Positions 1-6,943 of a DNA stretch of 14,791 bases are shown here, piece after piece. The stretch spans positions 1 through 14,791 of the forward strand of contig JANMKN010000196.1 in the NCBI GenBank assembly GCA_031372065.1, given 5' to 3'. Numbering within the stretch: the first letter of the stretch is position 1; each line of letters starts with the position of its first letter. The translations under genes were made by a program, and so were the position numbers. The stretch comes from Abditibacteriaceae bacterium (GTDB lineage: Bacteria; Armatimonadota; Abditibacteriia; Abditibacteriales; Abditibacteriaceae). The notes beneath the pieces were generated by a model. It saw nothing but the letters and a program-made list of their open reading frames with translations. It had not been told where the DNA came from and ran no database searches.

Positions 1-222
1 CGAACCGTCCATAACCTTTTGTATGATGTGCGCGGCGTCTTCGGGTGATGGTAAATCGGGCCGCACCGGGAAGAATTCCACGCCTTCGGCTTCGATTTTA
101 GCGCGATAAATTTCGCTGGTCGCCAAAAGCGGCGTGTGGCCGCGCGCTTTTAATTCCAGCGCAATCGCTAAATAAGGATGAATATCGCCAAACGAGCCAA
201 AGGTGGAAAGAGTAATGCGCAC
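1..222 (-). CDS. Glycosyltransferase, GT-B fold (GT1/UDP-glycosyltransferase-like); N-terminal part only, runs off the window
   Basis: Manual translation from GTG at 222: MRITLSTFGSFGDIHPYLAIALELKARGHTPLLATSEIYRAKIEAEGVEFFPVRPDLP. It matches the GT1/GT28 N-terminal pattern (GSxGDxHP...LxxRGH...xGxxF). An in-frame TAA lies two codons upstream of the GTG. Not in the supplied ORF track because it is truncated. Confidence 0.9.
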   Translation of the reverse strand, partial: MRITLSTFGSFGDIHPYLAIALELKARGHTPLLATSEIYRAKIEAEGVEFFPVRPDLPSPEDAAHIIQKVMDGS

Positions 223-261
223 GCATTAAATCAAACACAAAAGCGCGCGAAAGACAAAGAC

Positions 262-795
262 TCAAGCCACGAAACCATCAAGCAGCGAACAAAGTGAGGC
301 TTCTATATTGTCGCTGGGCGCCGAGCCGCCGATGCCGCGCAGCACAATTTTATCTTTGATGTGGCTGCCTACGGTGCTGATTTCCATTTCGGTTGGATAA
401 AGGGCGAGCAAGGACACTTCGCCCAGCAATTTGCCCAAGAATCCCAGTTGATCCGGCCCTTGCACGATGATTTCAAGGGCGCTATCGGGCCGCCGCCGCA
501 CCTGAAAAACGCTCAACTGCGGCGGCGAAGCGGGTGTATGGACGGCGCGCTTGCCTGCCAAAGATAAATAATCTACGCCTTCTGGCGACAGCAGGCTGCG
601 CCGGAAATCCAGATGAAAAATGGCATCCCATTTGTGGCTAATTTGCTGGGTGGCGTGGCCTCCGACAACCGAAACTTGCCGCTCTGCCAGCCCCGACAGC
701 AAAAAAACCATCCAGTGTGGATGGGGAAACAAACCATCAATTCTTAACTCTTGCAGTCCGTTGGCGCTTGGTGTCACCGTTGCTTTTGGTATCAT
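262..795 (-). CDS. Hypothetical protein, probable tandem ACT-domain protein (resembles the GlnD C-terminal ACT pair)
   Basis: 177 aa with a GGAGAGG SD upstream. The C-terminal half LEIIVQGPDQLGFLGKLLGEVSLLALYPTEMEISTVGSHIKDKIVL follows the ACT pattern (LEV.A.DRPGLL..I...F...L.I..A.I.T.G....D.F.V). The N-terminal half looks like a more degenerate copy. Confidence 0.65.
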   Translation of the reverse strand: MIPKATVTPSANGLQELRIDGLFPHPHWMVFLLSGLAERQVSVVGGHATQQISHKWDAIFHLDFRRSLLSPEGVDYLSLAGKRAVHTPASPPQLSVFQVRRRPDSALEIIVQGPDQLGFLGKLLGEVSLLALYPTEMEISTVGSHIKDKIVLRGIGGSAPSDNIEASLCSLLDGFVA

Positions 796-816
796 GATTT
801 TGAGTCCTCTCCGGTC

Positions 817-825
817 ACTTTACCA
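817..825 (-). promoter_or_regulatory. Putative extended -10 element (TGGTAAAGT)
   Basis: TGn-TAnnnT just upstream of the SD of the ACT-like gene and downstream of a terminator. It is nearly identical to TGGTAAATT upstream of the grpE-like gene. No good -35 at normal spacing. Confidence 0.4.
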
Positions 826-872
826 AAGGCTTGTTTCGGATTTGTAAACAAGTTGATAAGCAACGCCATGAC

Positions 873-916
873 AAAAAGCAAAAGCCCGGCGCACACGCGC
901 CGGGCTTTTGCTTTTT
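873..916. terminator. Intrinsic terminator, potentially bidirectional
   Basis: Perfect 20-bp inverted repeat AAAAAGCAAAAGCCCGGCGC-ACAC-GCGCCGGGCTTTTGCTTTTT, 11 nt after the Hsp70 stop codon. Confidence 0.92.
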
Positions 917-927
917 ATGAAATTTGT

Positions 928-2463
928 TTAGGAAATTACAGCTTGTGACAACATCCATGCTTCGTTTTCGACTTCGTCCGTATTTCGCTCGCCCACCAGT
1001 GAAATCAGCGAGCGACTTTCCTTGCCGGTATCGGAATCACGCGCTAAAGCCGTCACGCGCCCATTTTCGTCGCAGCGGAATTCGACGCTGATTAGCGGCT
1101 TGCCTTTGGGACGCGGTGGATTGGTATCCAGATTAAAAACGCCAACCGGCCCGGTGGCATAGGCTTCGGGGTCTTTGGCTTCGCCTTCGTAAACGCGCAC
1201 TTGCACCATCGTTTGCTGTTCTTGCGTGGTAGTGTAGCCATCACGCACCGCCGAGCAGGGCAGGGGCGTGAGCGCGGGAATAACGTGATCAATCAGCGCC
1301 GTGCCGTTTTTCAGCGCGGCCACGCCCAAGGAATGGCTAAGAACGTGACCGACGCGCACATCGGAAACGGTTTCGTCTTTGGTGAGAATCGCCGCTTGAA
1401 TGGCGGCGCCTTTGGCGACACATTCGTCGGGATCGTGCAAAAGCGGGCGACGACCTGTAACGCGGGTGAGCATTTCGCGCACCATCGGCATTCGCGAGGA
1501 GCCGCCCACGCAAATCGTTTCGCTAATGTCGGCCCAGGTCAGGCTGGCTTGCGACAGCACGCTGTCAATCAGCATTTCCGTGCGCGCCAGCAGGTCGGCG
1601 GTGATTTTTTCAAATTCCTCGCGCGAAATCTCCACGCGCACCGGAATAAAAGTCTCCATCGTGCTGCCGCCGGTGGCGATGGTGCGTTTGGTTTTGAATG
1701 TGATGGGAACTGTGGGGCGCCCTGTCAGTTGGCGTTTGGCGGCTTCGGCTTTGAGGCGCAGTTCCGCTTCGAGCAGCGGATCGGCTTCCATTTCGTAATC
1801 GAATTTTTTGGAAAGATCGTCTTCGATGTAGTTCATCAAACGATCATCCCAGTCTTTGCCGCCCAAATGCGGGTCGCCGCCGATAGCGATAACATCCAGC
1901 GAGTCGTTGTCAATCGCCAAAATCGTGACATCGAACGTGCCACCGCCGAGGTCGTAAACCAGAATGTTCCGGCGATGACCCCGCCGCGAAATGCCGTAAG
2001 ATAGCGCCGCTGCGGTTGGTTCGTTGATGATGCGCAAAACCTGCAAACCGGCCAGTTGACCGGCTTCGTAAGTGGCTTGGCGTTGAGCCTCCGTGAAGTA
2101 GGCCGGAACGGTAATAACCGCTTGTGTAACGCGGTCACCGAGTTCCATTTCGGCTTCCTGCACCAATTTACGCAAAATGATGGAGGAAATGAATTCTGGT
2201 GAAAACGATTCACTTCCCACCTGCACGCGGTAATCGCTCACGCCCATGAACCGCTTGACGAACTGCACCACTTTGCTCGGATCAGTCATGGTGGCTTGTA
2301 AGGCCACCTCTCCGACGACAAAAGTTGGCGGGTCGCAGAAGACGACCGATGGCGTCGTCACTTGTCCGTCCGTGTTCTTGACGACAACCGGCTTACCGTA
2401 TTCATCAATCGTGGATACGGCGGAATATGTTGTCCCCAAGTCTATGCCGACTGCGCGCCCCAA
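928..2463 (-). CDS. Hsp70/DnaK-family chaperone paralog lacking most of the C-terminal helical lid
   Basis: Motifs GIDLGTTYS, TTPSVV, AVITVPAYF, LRIINEPTAAAL, VYDLGGGTFDVTIL, HLGGKDWD, VGGSSRMP, DPDECVAKGAAIQA, and an SBD-beta region (VRVYEGE, PPRPKGKPLISVEF, DENG, DTGKE). TTG start with AGGAGG SD. Length 511 aa. Confidence 0.95.
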   Translation of the reverse strand: MGRAVGIDLGTTYSAVSTIDEYGKPVVVKNTDGQVTTPSVVFCDPPTFVVGEVALQATMTDPSKVVQFVKRFMGVSDYRVQVGSESFSPEFISSIILRKLVQEAEMELGDRVTQAVITVPAYFTEAQRQATYEAGQLAGLQVLRIINEPTAAALSYGISRRGHRRNILVYDLGGGTFDVTILAIDNDSLDVIAIGGDPHLGGKDWDDRLMNYIEDDLSKKFDYEMEADPLLEAELRLKAEAAKRQLTGRPTVPITFKTKRTIATGGSTMETFIPVRVEISREEFEKITADLLARTEMLIDSVLSQASLTWADISETICVGGSSRMPMVREMLTRVTGRRPLLHDPDECVAKGAAIQAAILTKDETVSDVRVGHVLSHSLGVAALKNGTALIDHVIPALTPLPCSAVRDGYTTTQEQQTMVQVRVYEGEAKDPEAYATGPVGVFNLDTNPPRPKGKPLISVEFRCDENGRVTALARDSDTGKESRSLISLVGERNTDEVENEAWMLSQAVIS

Positions 2464-2598
2464 GTTACGCCTCCTCTAAATCGCTTTCTGAAAGTCTGCT
2501 CAACAAAACAGTCTTGCGGATTTTCAGGCTTTCATTATGCCGTCCAGTGCCATCATTTAGCACACTTGGCGGCTTTGTCACACTAATCTTGCTGCGGT

Positions 2599-3387
2599 TT
2601 AAGCCGGAGCGTTGCTACGTCCTACCACGACTTCGGCGACGCGGAAAATGTGCCCACGCAAATACCAACCACTGCGCACCACGCGCTGAATGGTGTTTTC
2701 TTGTTCCGGCGGCACTTTGACGACATCCAGTGCCTTATGGAATTTCGGATCGAACTGGCCTTCGGGTTTCTCCATCAAAGTGACCTCGCAGATGTGCAGC
2801 GCTTCAATCAATTGATCTCGAAAATGCTGAACATTCTGCCGCACATGGCTTGCTGATAACGTTTGCCGCCGCTCATCGTTTTCGGTGTGCTCGTAGGGCC
2901 GCACTTCTTCTTCAAAGAGTTCGAGCGAATCGTAGAGAAACAGCAATTGGCGAATCACCGGCTTCAGGTGTTCGTAGATGAAATCGTTTTTGTATTCGCC
3001 CAGTTCTTTGTGCAAAACATCGAACACTTTGCTCTGGTTGGATTCGTGTTCGCTGATTTCGACAAACGCTTGCTGCATCAATTCAATTTCTTGACGTAGC
3101 CGCGCCACCTCTTGGGCAATGGCCCCTGTTTGCGTGCTAATTTGTTGCGACAAAACAGTAGGTGTGATTGGCCCGGCGCCGGGCGCATTCTGTGAAGGCG
3201 TCATAACGGGATTCTTCCCTTGTGGAACTGTTTTTGCGGCGGGTTTTGCCTCCGTCGCTGAACCTGCCATGTTATTGGAGTCATCCGTTGTCGTTTCCTC
3301 TGTTGAGTCACTTTTCTTTGCAACCTCTCCCGTCAGCCGGGGCAGACGGAATTTCAATCCGAATCCACTACTTTGTTCTTCAGCCAT
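2599..3387 (-). CDS. GrpE-like nucleotide exchange factor with a long low-complexity N-terminus
   Basis: C-terminal GrpE head pattern GQFDPKFHKALDVV...ENTIQRVVRSGWYLRGHIFRVAEVVV, preceded by a coiled-coil-like segment. GGGAG SD. Lies directly upstream of the Hsp70 gene. Confidence 0.88.
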   Translation of the reverse strand: MAEEQSSGFGLKFRLPRLTGEVAKKSDSTEETTTDDSNNMAGSATEAKPAAKTVPQGKNPVMTPSQNAPGAGPITPTVLSQQISTQTGAIAQEVARLRQEIELMQQAFVEISEHESNQSKVFDVLHKELGEYKNDFIYEHLKPVIRQLLFLYDSLELFEEEVRPYEHTENDERRQTLSASHVRQNVQHFRDQLIEALHICEVTLMEKPEGQFDPKFHKALDVVKVPPEQENTIQRVVRSGWYLRGHIFRVAEVVVGRSNAPA

Positions 3388-3417
3388 AACTTCGCTCCCT
3401 GCTGCGGGCTGCCCCTT

Positions 3418-3444
3418 AATTTACCATAAAAAATTTACCATAAA
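3418..3444 (-). promoter_or_regulatory. Tandem 13-bp direct repeat (TTTATGGTAAATT x2 on the minus strand); extended -10 elements or an operator
   Basis: AATTTACCATAAA occurs at 3418-3430 and 3432-3444, 30 nt upstream of the grpE-like start. Each copy contains TGn-TAAATT on the minus strand. Confidence 0.55.
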
Positions 3445-3547
3445 CACGCGTCCTACCAAAGGTCATCTTCTGCTTACGGTAGTGGACACTCGGAAATTTT
3501 CCTGCAAAGACCGAAAATCGCCTTGTTTTTAGGTTGTTGTTTATGGT

Positions 3548-3820
3548 TTACGGCTCCAAAACGCGAATGTAGCCTTGCGACACGGCCCAATCCACAAATG
3601 CTTGTGCATCTTGCGGCGGCGGGTCAGTGCGTTTTTTGACGGCATTGGCGCGTTGCACGACAACTCCCGCAAATTGTATATCATTCATGCCTTGAATGAA
3701 ACCGCGCATCAGCATTGGCGCCCGCCGTGCGGCTTCAGCCTTGGCCTGATGCAAAATGTCCTCCGCATCGCGGCCTTCAAATTCTTGTTTGATGTCTTCC
3801 ACTGTCAGTTCGATTTTCAT
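3548..3820 (-). CDS. Hypothetical 90-aa protein
   Basis: ATG-started ORF with globular-looking composition. It fills the gap 32 nt after the second E3-like gene in the same orientation. No family recognised. Confidence 0.75.
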   Translation of the reverse strand: MKIELTVEDIKQEFEGRDAEDILHQAKAEAARRAPMLMRGFIQGMNDIQFAGVVVQRANAVKKRTDPPPQDAQAFVDWAVSQGYIRVLEP

Positions 3821-3852
3821 CTGAGCTAATCCAAGTCTTTAAGCCAAAATCT

Positions 3853-5412
3853 TTAAGCAGAAACGCCGCCTTCCGAAAAATTCCCTCCGATGGCGCGCCG
3901 GGCGGCTTCGGCTAACACCTCACTAAAGGTCGGCGCGCCACACGGCACCTCGGCCAATTTTTGAACAGTTAAACCTAAATGCAAAGCCAAAGCCGCTTGA
4001 TTAATTAATTCGCTCGCGCACGGGCCGATGATTTGACAGCCCAAAATCGTGCCATCCGTCGCATCGGCGATGATTTTGACCATGCCACGATACTCGTTTT
4101 TTGTCGCCGCGCGCGCCGTATCATGAAAATGACAAACGCCGACATTGATTTCATGCCCGGCCCATTGCGCGGCGCGTTCGCCGTGCCCGATGGTTGCCAC
4201 TTCGGGCGTCGTGTAATAAACGTGCGGCACGACGGGCAAAGTGCGCGGTGCAAATCCCGTAACGATGTCCGCCACAAGCGCGCCTTCGGCCATCGCCTGA
4301 TGCGCCCATCCGGTGCCGCGTGTGCAATCACCAACCGCGAAAACACCCGGCACATTGGTTTGGCACTGCTCGTCCACCAAAACGCGCTCGTGCCGCGTGG
4401 TGATGCCCGCTACTTCCAAGTTCAAAGGCTCAGTGTTCGGCTTGCGGCCCGATGTGACGAGCAATTTTTCGACGGTGAGAGAGGAAGTTTGCTCATCTTG
4501 GCTCAAAGTCAGTTGCAAGCCGTCAGCATGGGCCTCAATCGCTTGCAATTTGTGGCCCGACAGCACGGCCATGCCGCCTTCGCGTAGCGCGGTTTCCAAT
4601 TCGCGCGCGATGTCGGGGTCTTCCAGCGGCAAAATGTGCGGCGAATAATCAATCAGCGTCACACGCACGCCCAGCATTTGAAACAACTGCGCGAATTCAA
4701 CGCCGAGCGCGCCGCCGCCGATAACAGCCATCGAAGACGGCAATTTTTCCAGTTCCCAAATTTGGCGCGTGGACAAAACATTCGGCAAATCCACGCCCGG
4801 CACTTGCAAACGGCACGGCACTGCACCGGTGGCAATCAGCACATTAACCGCTGTCACGCTGCGCACCACTTGATCGCCGCGCACAATTTCGACAGTGTGC
4901 GATTCGACAAAACGCGCGCGGCCCGGCAAAATCTGCACGCCCAAGGCTTCGAGATGCGCCTGCGTATGCCCGCGCACTTCGCTCGTGACTTTTTCGCGCC
5001 GCGCCCAAAATTCGACGAAATCGAAACTGCCGCTGGCGCGCAAGCCAAATTCTTCAGCGCGTTGCATATCGCGCAGCAAATTGGCCGCGCAAAGCAACGC
5101 TTTGATGGGCAAACCGCCGCGATTGATATGCACGCCGCCGATTTCGCGCGATTCGATTAAGCCAACGCGTGCGCCTTGCTCGGCGGCGCGCAAAGCCGCC
5201 GTGTAACCTCCCGGCCCGCCGCCGATGATGAGCAAATCGAAATCGTGCGGCGCGCCTTCGCGCAAAAGCTGCTCGGCGGCTTCGACAATAGATTCGCTAT
5301 CAAATTCCGGCAACGCCTCGGCGACGGCGCCTTCGGTTTGCGTCGTCGCCGCGTTTTGCGATTCCGAATGAGGGGTCAAGGGGGCTGTCATGGACAACAT
5401 TCTCGCGCTCAA
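3853..5412 (-). CDS. Dihydrolipoyl dehydrogenase-like FAD/NAD flavoprotein lacking the redox disulfide and catalytic His
   Basis: FAD motif IIGGGPGGY, IATG, NAD motif VIGGGALGVE, GRKPN, VFAVGD, TPEVATIG and the dimerisation domain are all present. GGVHINRGGLPIK replaces GGVCxxxGCIPSK, and GAPTFSE replaces PHPTLSE. Start uncertain (TTG 5412 with AGGA upstream, or later ATGs). Confidence 0.9.
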   Translation of the reverse strand: MSARMLSMTAPLTPHSESQNAATTQTEGAVAEALPEFDSESIVEAAEQLLREGAPHDFDLLIIGGGPGGYTAALRAAEQGARVGLIESREIGGVHINRGGLPIKALLCAANLLRDMQRAEEFGLRASGSFDFVEFWARREKVTSEVRGHTQAHLEALGVQILPGRARFVESHTVEIVRGDQVVRSVTAVNVLIATGAVPCRLQVPGVDLPNVLSTRQIWELEKLPSSMAVIGGGALGVEFAQLFQMLGVRVTLIDYSPHILPLEDPDIARELETALREGGMAVLSGHKLQAIEAHADGLQLTLSQDEQTSSLTVEKLLVTSGRKPNTEPLNLEVAGITTRHERVLVDEQCQTNVPGVFAVGDCTRGTGWAHQAMAEGALVADIVTGFAPRTLPVVPHVYYTTPEVATIGHGERAAQWAGHEINVGVCHFHDTARAATKNEYRGMVKIIADATDGTILGCQIIGPCASELINQAALALHLGLTVQKLAEVPCGAPTFSEVLAEAARRAIGGNFSEGGVSA

Positions 5413-5465
5413 TAAACTTCCTGAGCAAAAAGTTACTTTAAAATGCCAAAAGGGATGGGGGTTCT

Positions 5466-6872
5466 CTACTTTTTCGGCCTATGAATATGCGTCGCTTGGC
5501 CGAAAAGCACTTCGGCGGATTCCATCATGGTTTCCGAAAGCGTCGGATGCGGGTGGATGGTCAGTTTCACGTCGCTGGCGACGGCGCCCATTTCGATGGC
5601 AAGTGTGCCTTCGGCGATCAGTTCGCCCGCGCCCGGCCCGGCGATGCCGACGCCTAAAACGCGCTCGGTTTCGGGGTCGGTGATGATTTTCGTGACGCCA
5701 TCGCTGCGGTCAAGCGTTGTAGCGCGGCCCGATGCGGCCCACGGAAAACGCGACACAGTAATCTTGCGCCCTTCTTTTTCCGCTTGCGTTTCGGTCAGTC
5801 CGGCCCACGCGATTTCGGGGTCAGTGAAAACCACAGCCGGAATCGCTTGCGGTTCCCAGACGGCGTTGTGACCGGCGATGACTTCGACGGCTAAACGGCC
5901 CTCGTGCGAGGCTTTGTGTGCCAGCATCGGTTCGCCTGCGATGTCGCCGATGGCGTAAATTGTCGGCTCAACGGTGCGCCTTTGGGCATCCACTTCGATA
6001 AAACCGCGTTTATCGGGCGCAATCCGCGTGTTTTCTAAGCCCAAATCCTGCGAATTGGGCACGCGTCCGATGGAAATCAGCACTTTTTCAAATATTTGCT
6101 CTTTTTCCATGACTTTTTCGCCTTCAAAAGTCACTTTGACGCCGTTTTTTACTTCTTTCATGCTGACGACTTTGGTTTCCATCAGCATGGCGTGCATTTT
6201 GGTTTTGATGTGGCCTTCGAGAACCTTTACCAAATCGCGGTCGGCGCCCGGCAAAAGCGTCGGCGTCATTTCGACAACCGTCACTTTGGTGCCCAAAGCC
6301 GCGTAAACGCTGCCCAGTTCAAGACCGATATAGCCGCCGCCAACCACCAAAAGCGTTGCAGGAATGTTTTCCAATTGTAGCGCGCCGGTTGAATCCATGA
6401 TGCGCGGGCTGCCAATATCGAAAGCCGGAATTTTGGCCGGACGCGAACCGGTGGCTAAAATGGCGTGTTCAAAACTCAGTTTTTGCGTGCCTTCGGCGGT
6501 TTCGATATCAAGTTCGCTGGCAGAAGCAAATTTCGCGCGGCCTTTGATATAAGTCACTTTGCGCGCTTTGACCAGTTGGCCCAAACCGCCGGTCATTTTG
6601 GCGACGACGCTTTCTTTCCACGCGCGCATTTTGTCGAGATCAATCTTCGGCTCGGCGAAAGTCAGGCCGATATTTTCGGCTTCGCGCGCTTCATTGAGCA
6701 ATTTGGCGACGTGCAACAGCGCCTTGGAAGGAATGCAGCCGCGATACAAACACACGCCACCGGGGTTGGTTTCCATCTCAACAAGCGTGGTTTCAATGCC
6801 AAGGTCAGCGGCCAAAAAAGCGGCGGCATACCCGCCGGGGCCGCCGCCAATCACTACCAGTTTCGTTTTCAT
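5466..6872 (-). CDS. lpdA: Dihydrolipoyl dehydrogenase (E3)
   Basis: VIGGGPGGY, GGVCLYRGCIPSKALL, VVGGGYIGLE, MLAHKASHEG and IHPHPTLSE are all canonical. Homology begins at ATG 6872 (MKTKLVVIG). An alternative in-frame GTG lies at 6938. Confidence 0.97.
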   Translation of the reverse strand: MKTKLVVIGGGPGGYAAAFLAADLGIETTLVEMETNPGGVCLYRGCIPSKALLHVAKLLNEAREAENIGLTFAEPKIDLDKMRAWKESVVAKMTGGLGQLVKARKVTYIKGRAKFASASELDIETAEGTQKLSFEHAILATGSRPAKIPAFDIGSPRIMDSTGALQLENIPATLLVVGGGYIGLELGSVYAALGTKVTVVEMTPTLLPGADRDLVKVLEGHIKTKMHAMLMETKVVSMKEVKNGVKVTFEGEKVMEKEQIFEKVLISIGRVPNSQDLGLENTRIAPDKRGFIEVDAQRRTVEPTIYAIGDIAGEPMLAHKASHEGRLAVEVIAGHNAVWEPQAIPAVVFTDPEIAWAGLTETQAEKEGRKITVSRFPWAASGRATTLDRSDGVTKIITDPETERVLGVGIAGPGAGELIAEGTLAIEMGAVASDVKLTIHPHPTLSETMMESAEVLFGQATHIHRPKK

Positions 6873-6940
6873 AATGCGGAATGCAGAATGCGGAATGCGG
6901 AACGGAAAATTCCGCACTCCGCACTGCACATTCCGCACTT
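6873..6940. repeat. Inverted heptamer-repeat hairpin between aceF and lpdA
   Basis: AATGCGG-AATGCAG-AATGCGG-AATGCGG-AA, loop CGGAAAA, then TTCCGCA-CTCCGCA-CTGCACA-TTCCGCA-CTT. Confidence 0.9.
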
Positions 6941-6943
6941 AGA

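Noticed and set aside
1201..2004. 267-aa plus-strand ORF and the many other antisense or alternate-frame ORFs between 361 and 11103
   Set aside because: They are shadow ORFs overlapping well-supported minus-strand genes in GC-rich sequence and show no recognisable motifs.
928..2463. Housekeeping dnaK, or a frameshifted dnaK
   Set aside because: It is short, with a divergent linker and SBD. A terminator follows 11 nt after the stop and no lid-coding sequence lies downstream, so the symbol dnaK was withheld.
2557..2583. Complete CIRCE (HrcA operator)
   Set aside because: Only one half-site matches (TTAGCACAC). The partner position reads TTGTCACAC rather than GAGTGCTAA.
3853..5412. Mercuric reductase, canonical E3, or pseudogene
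   Set aside because: No CxxxxC or C-terminal Cys-Cys, so not MerA. Catalytic residues are absent, so not a working E3. There is no frameshift or internal stop and the cofactor motifs are intact, so a pseudogene call is unsupported.
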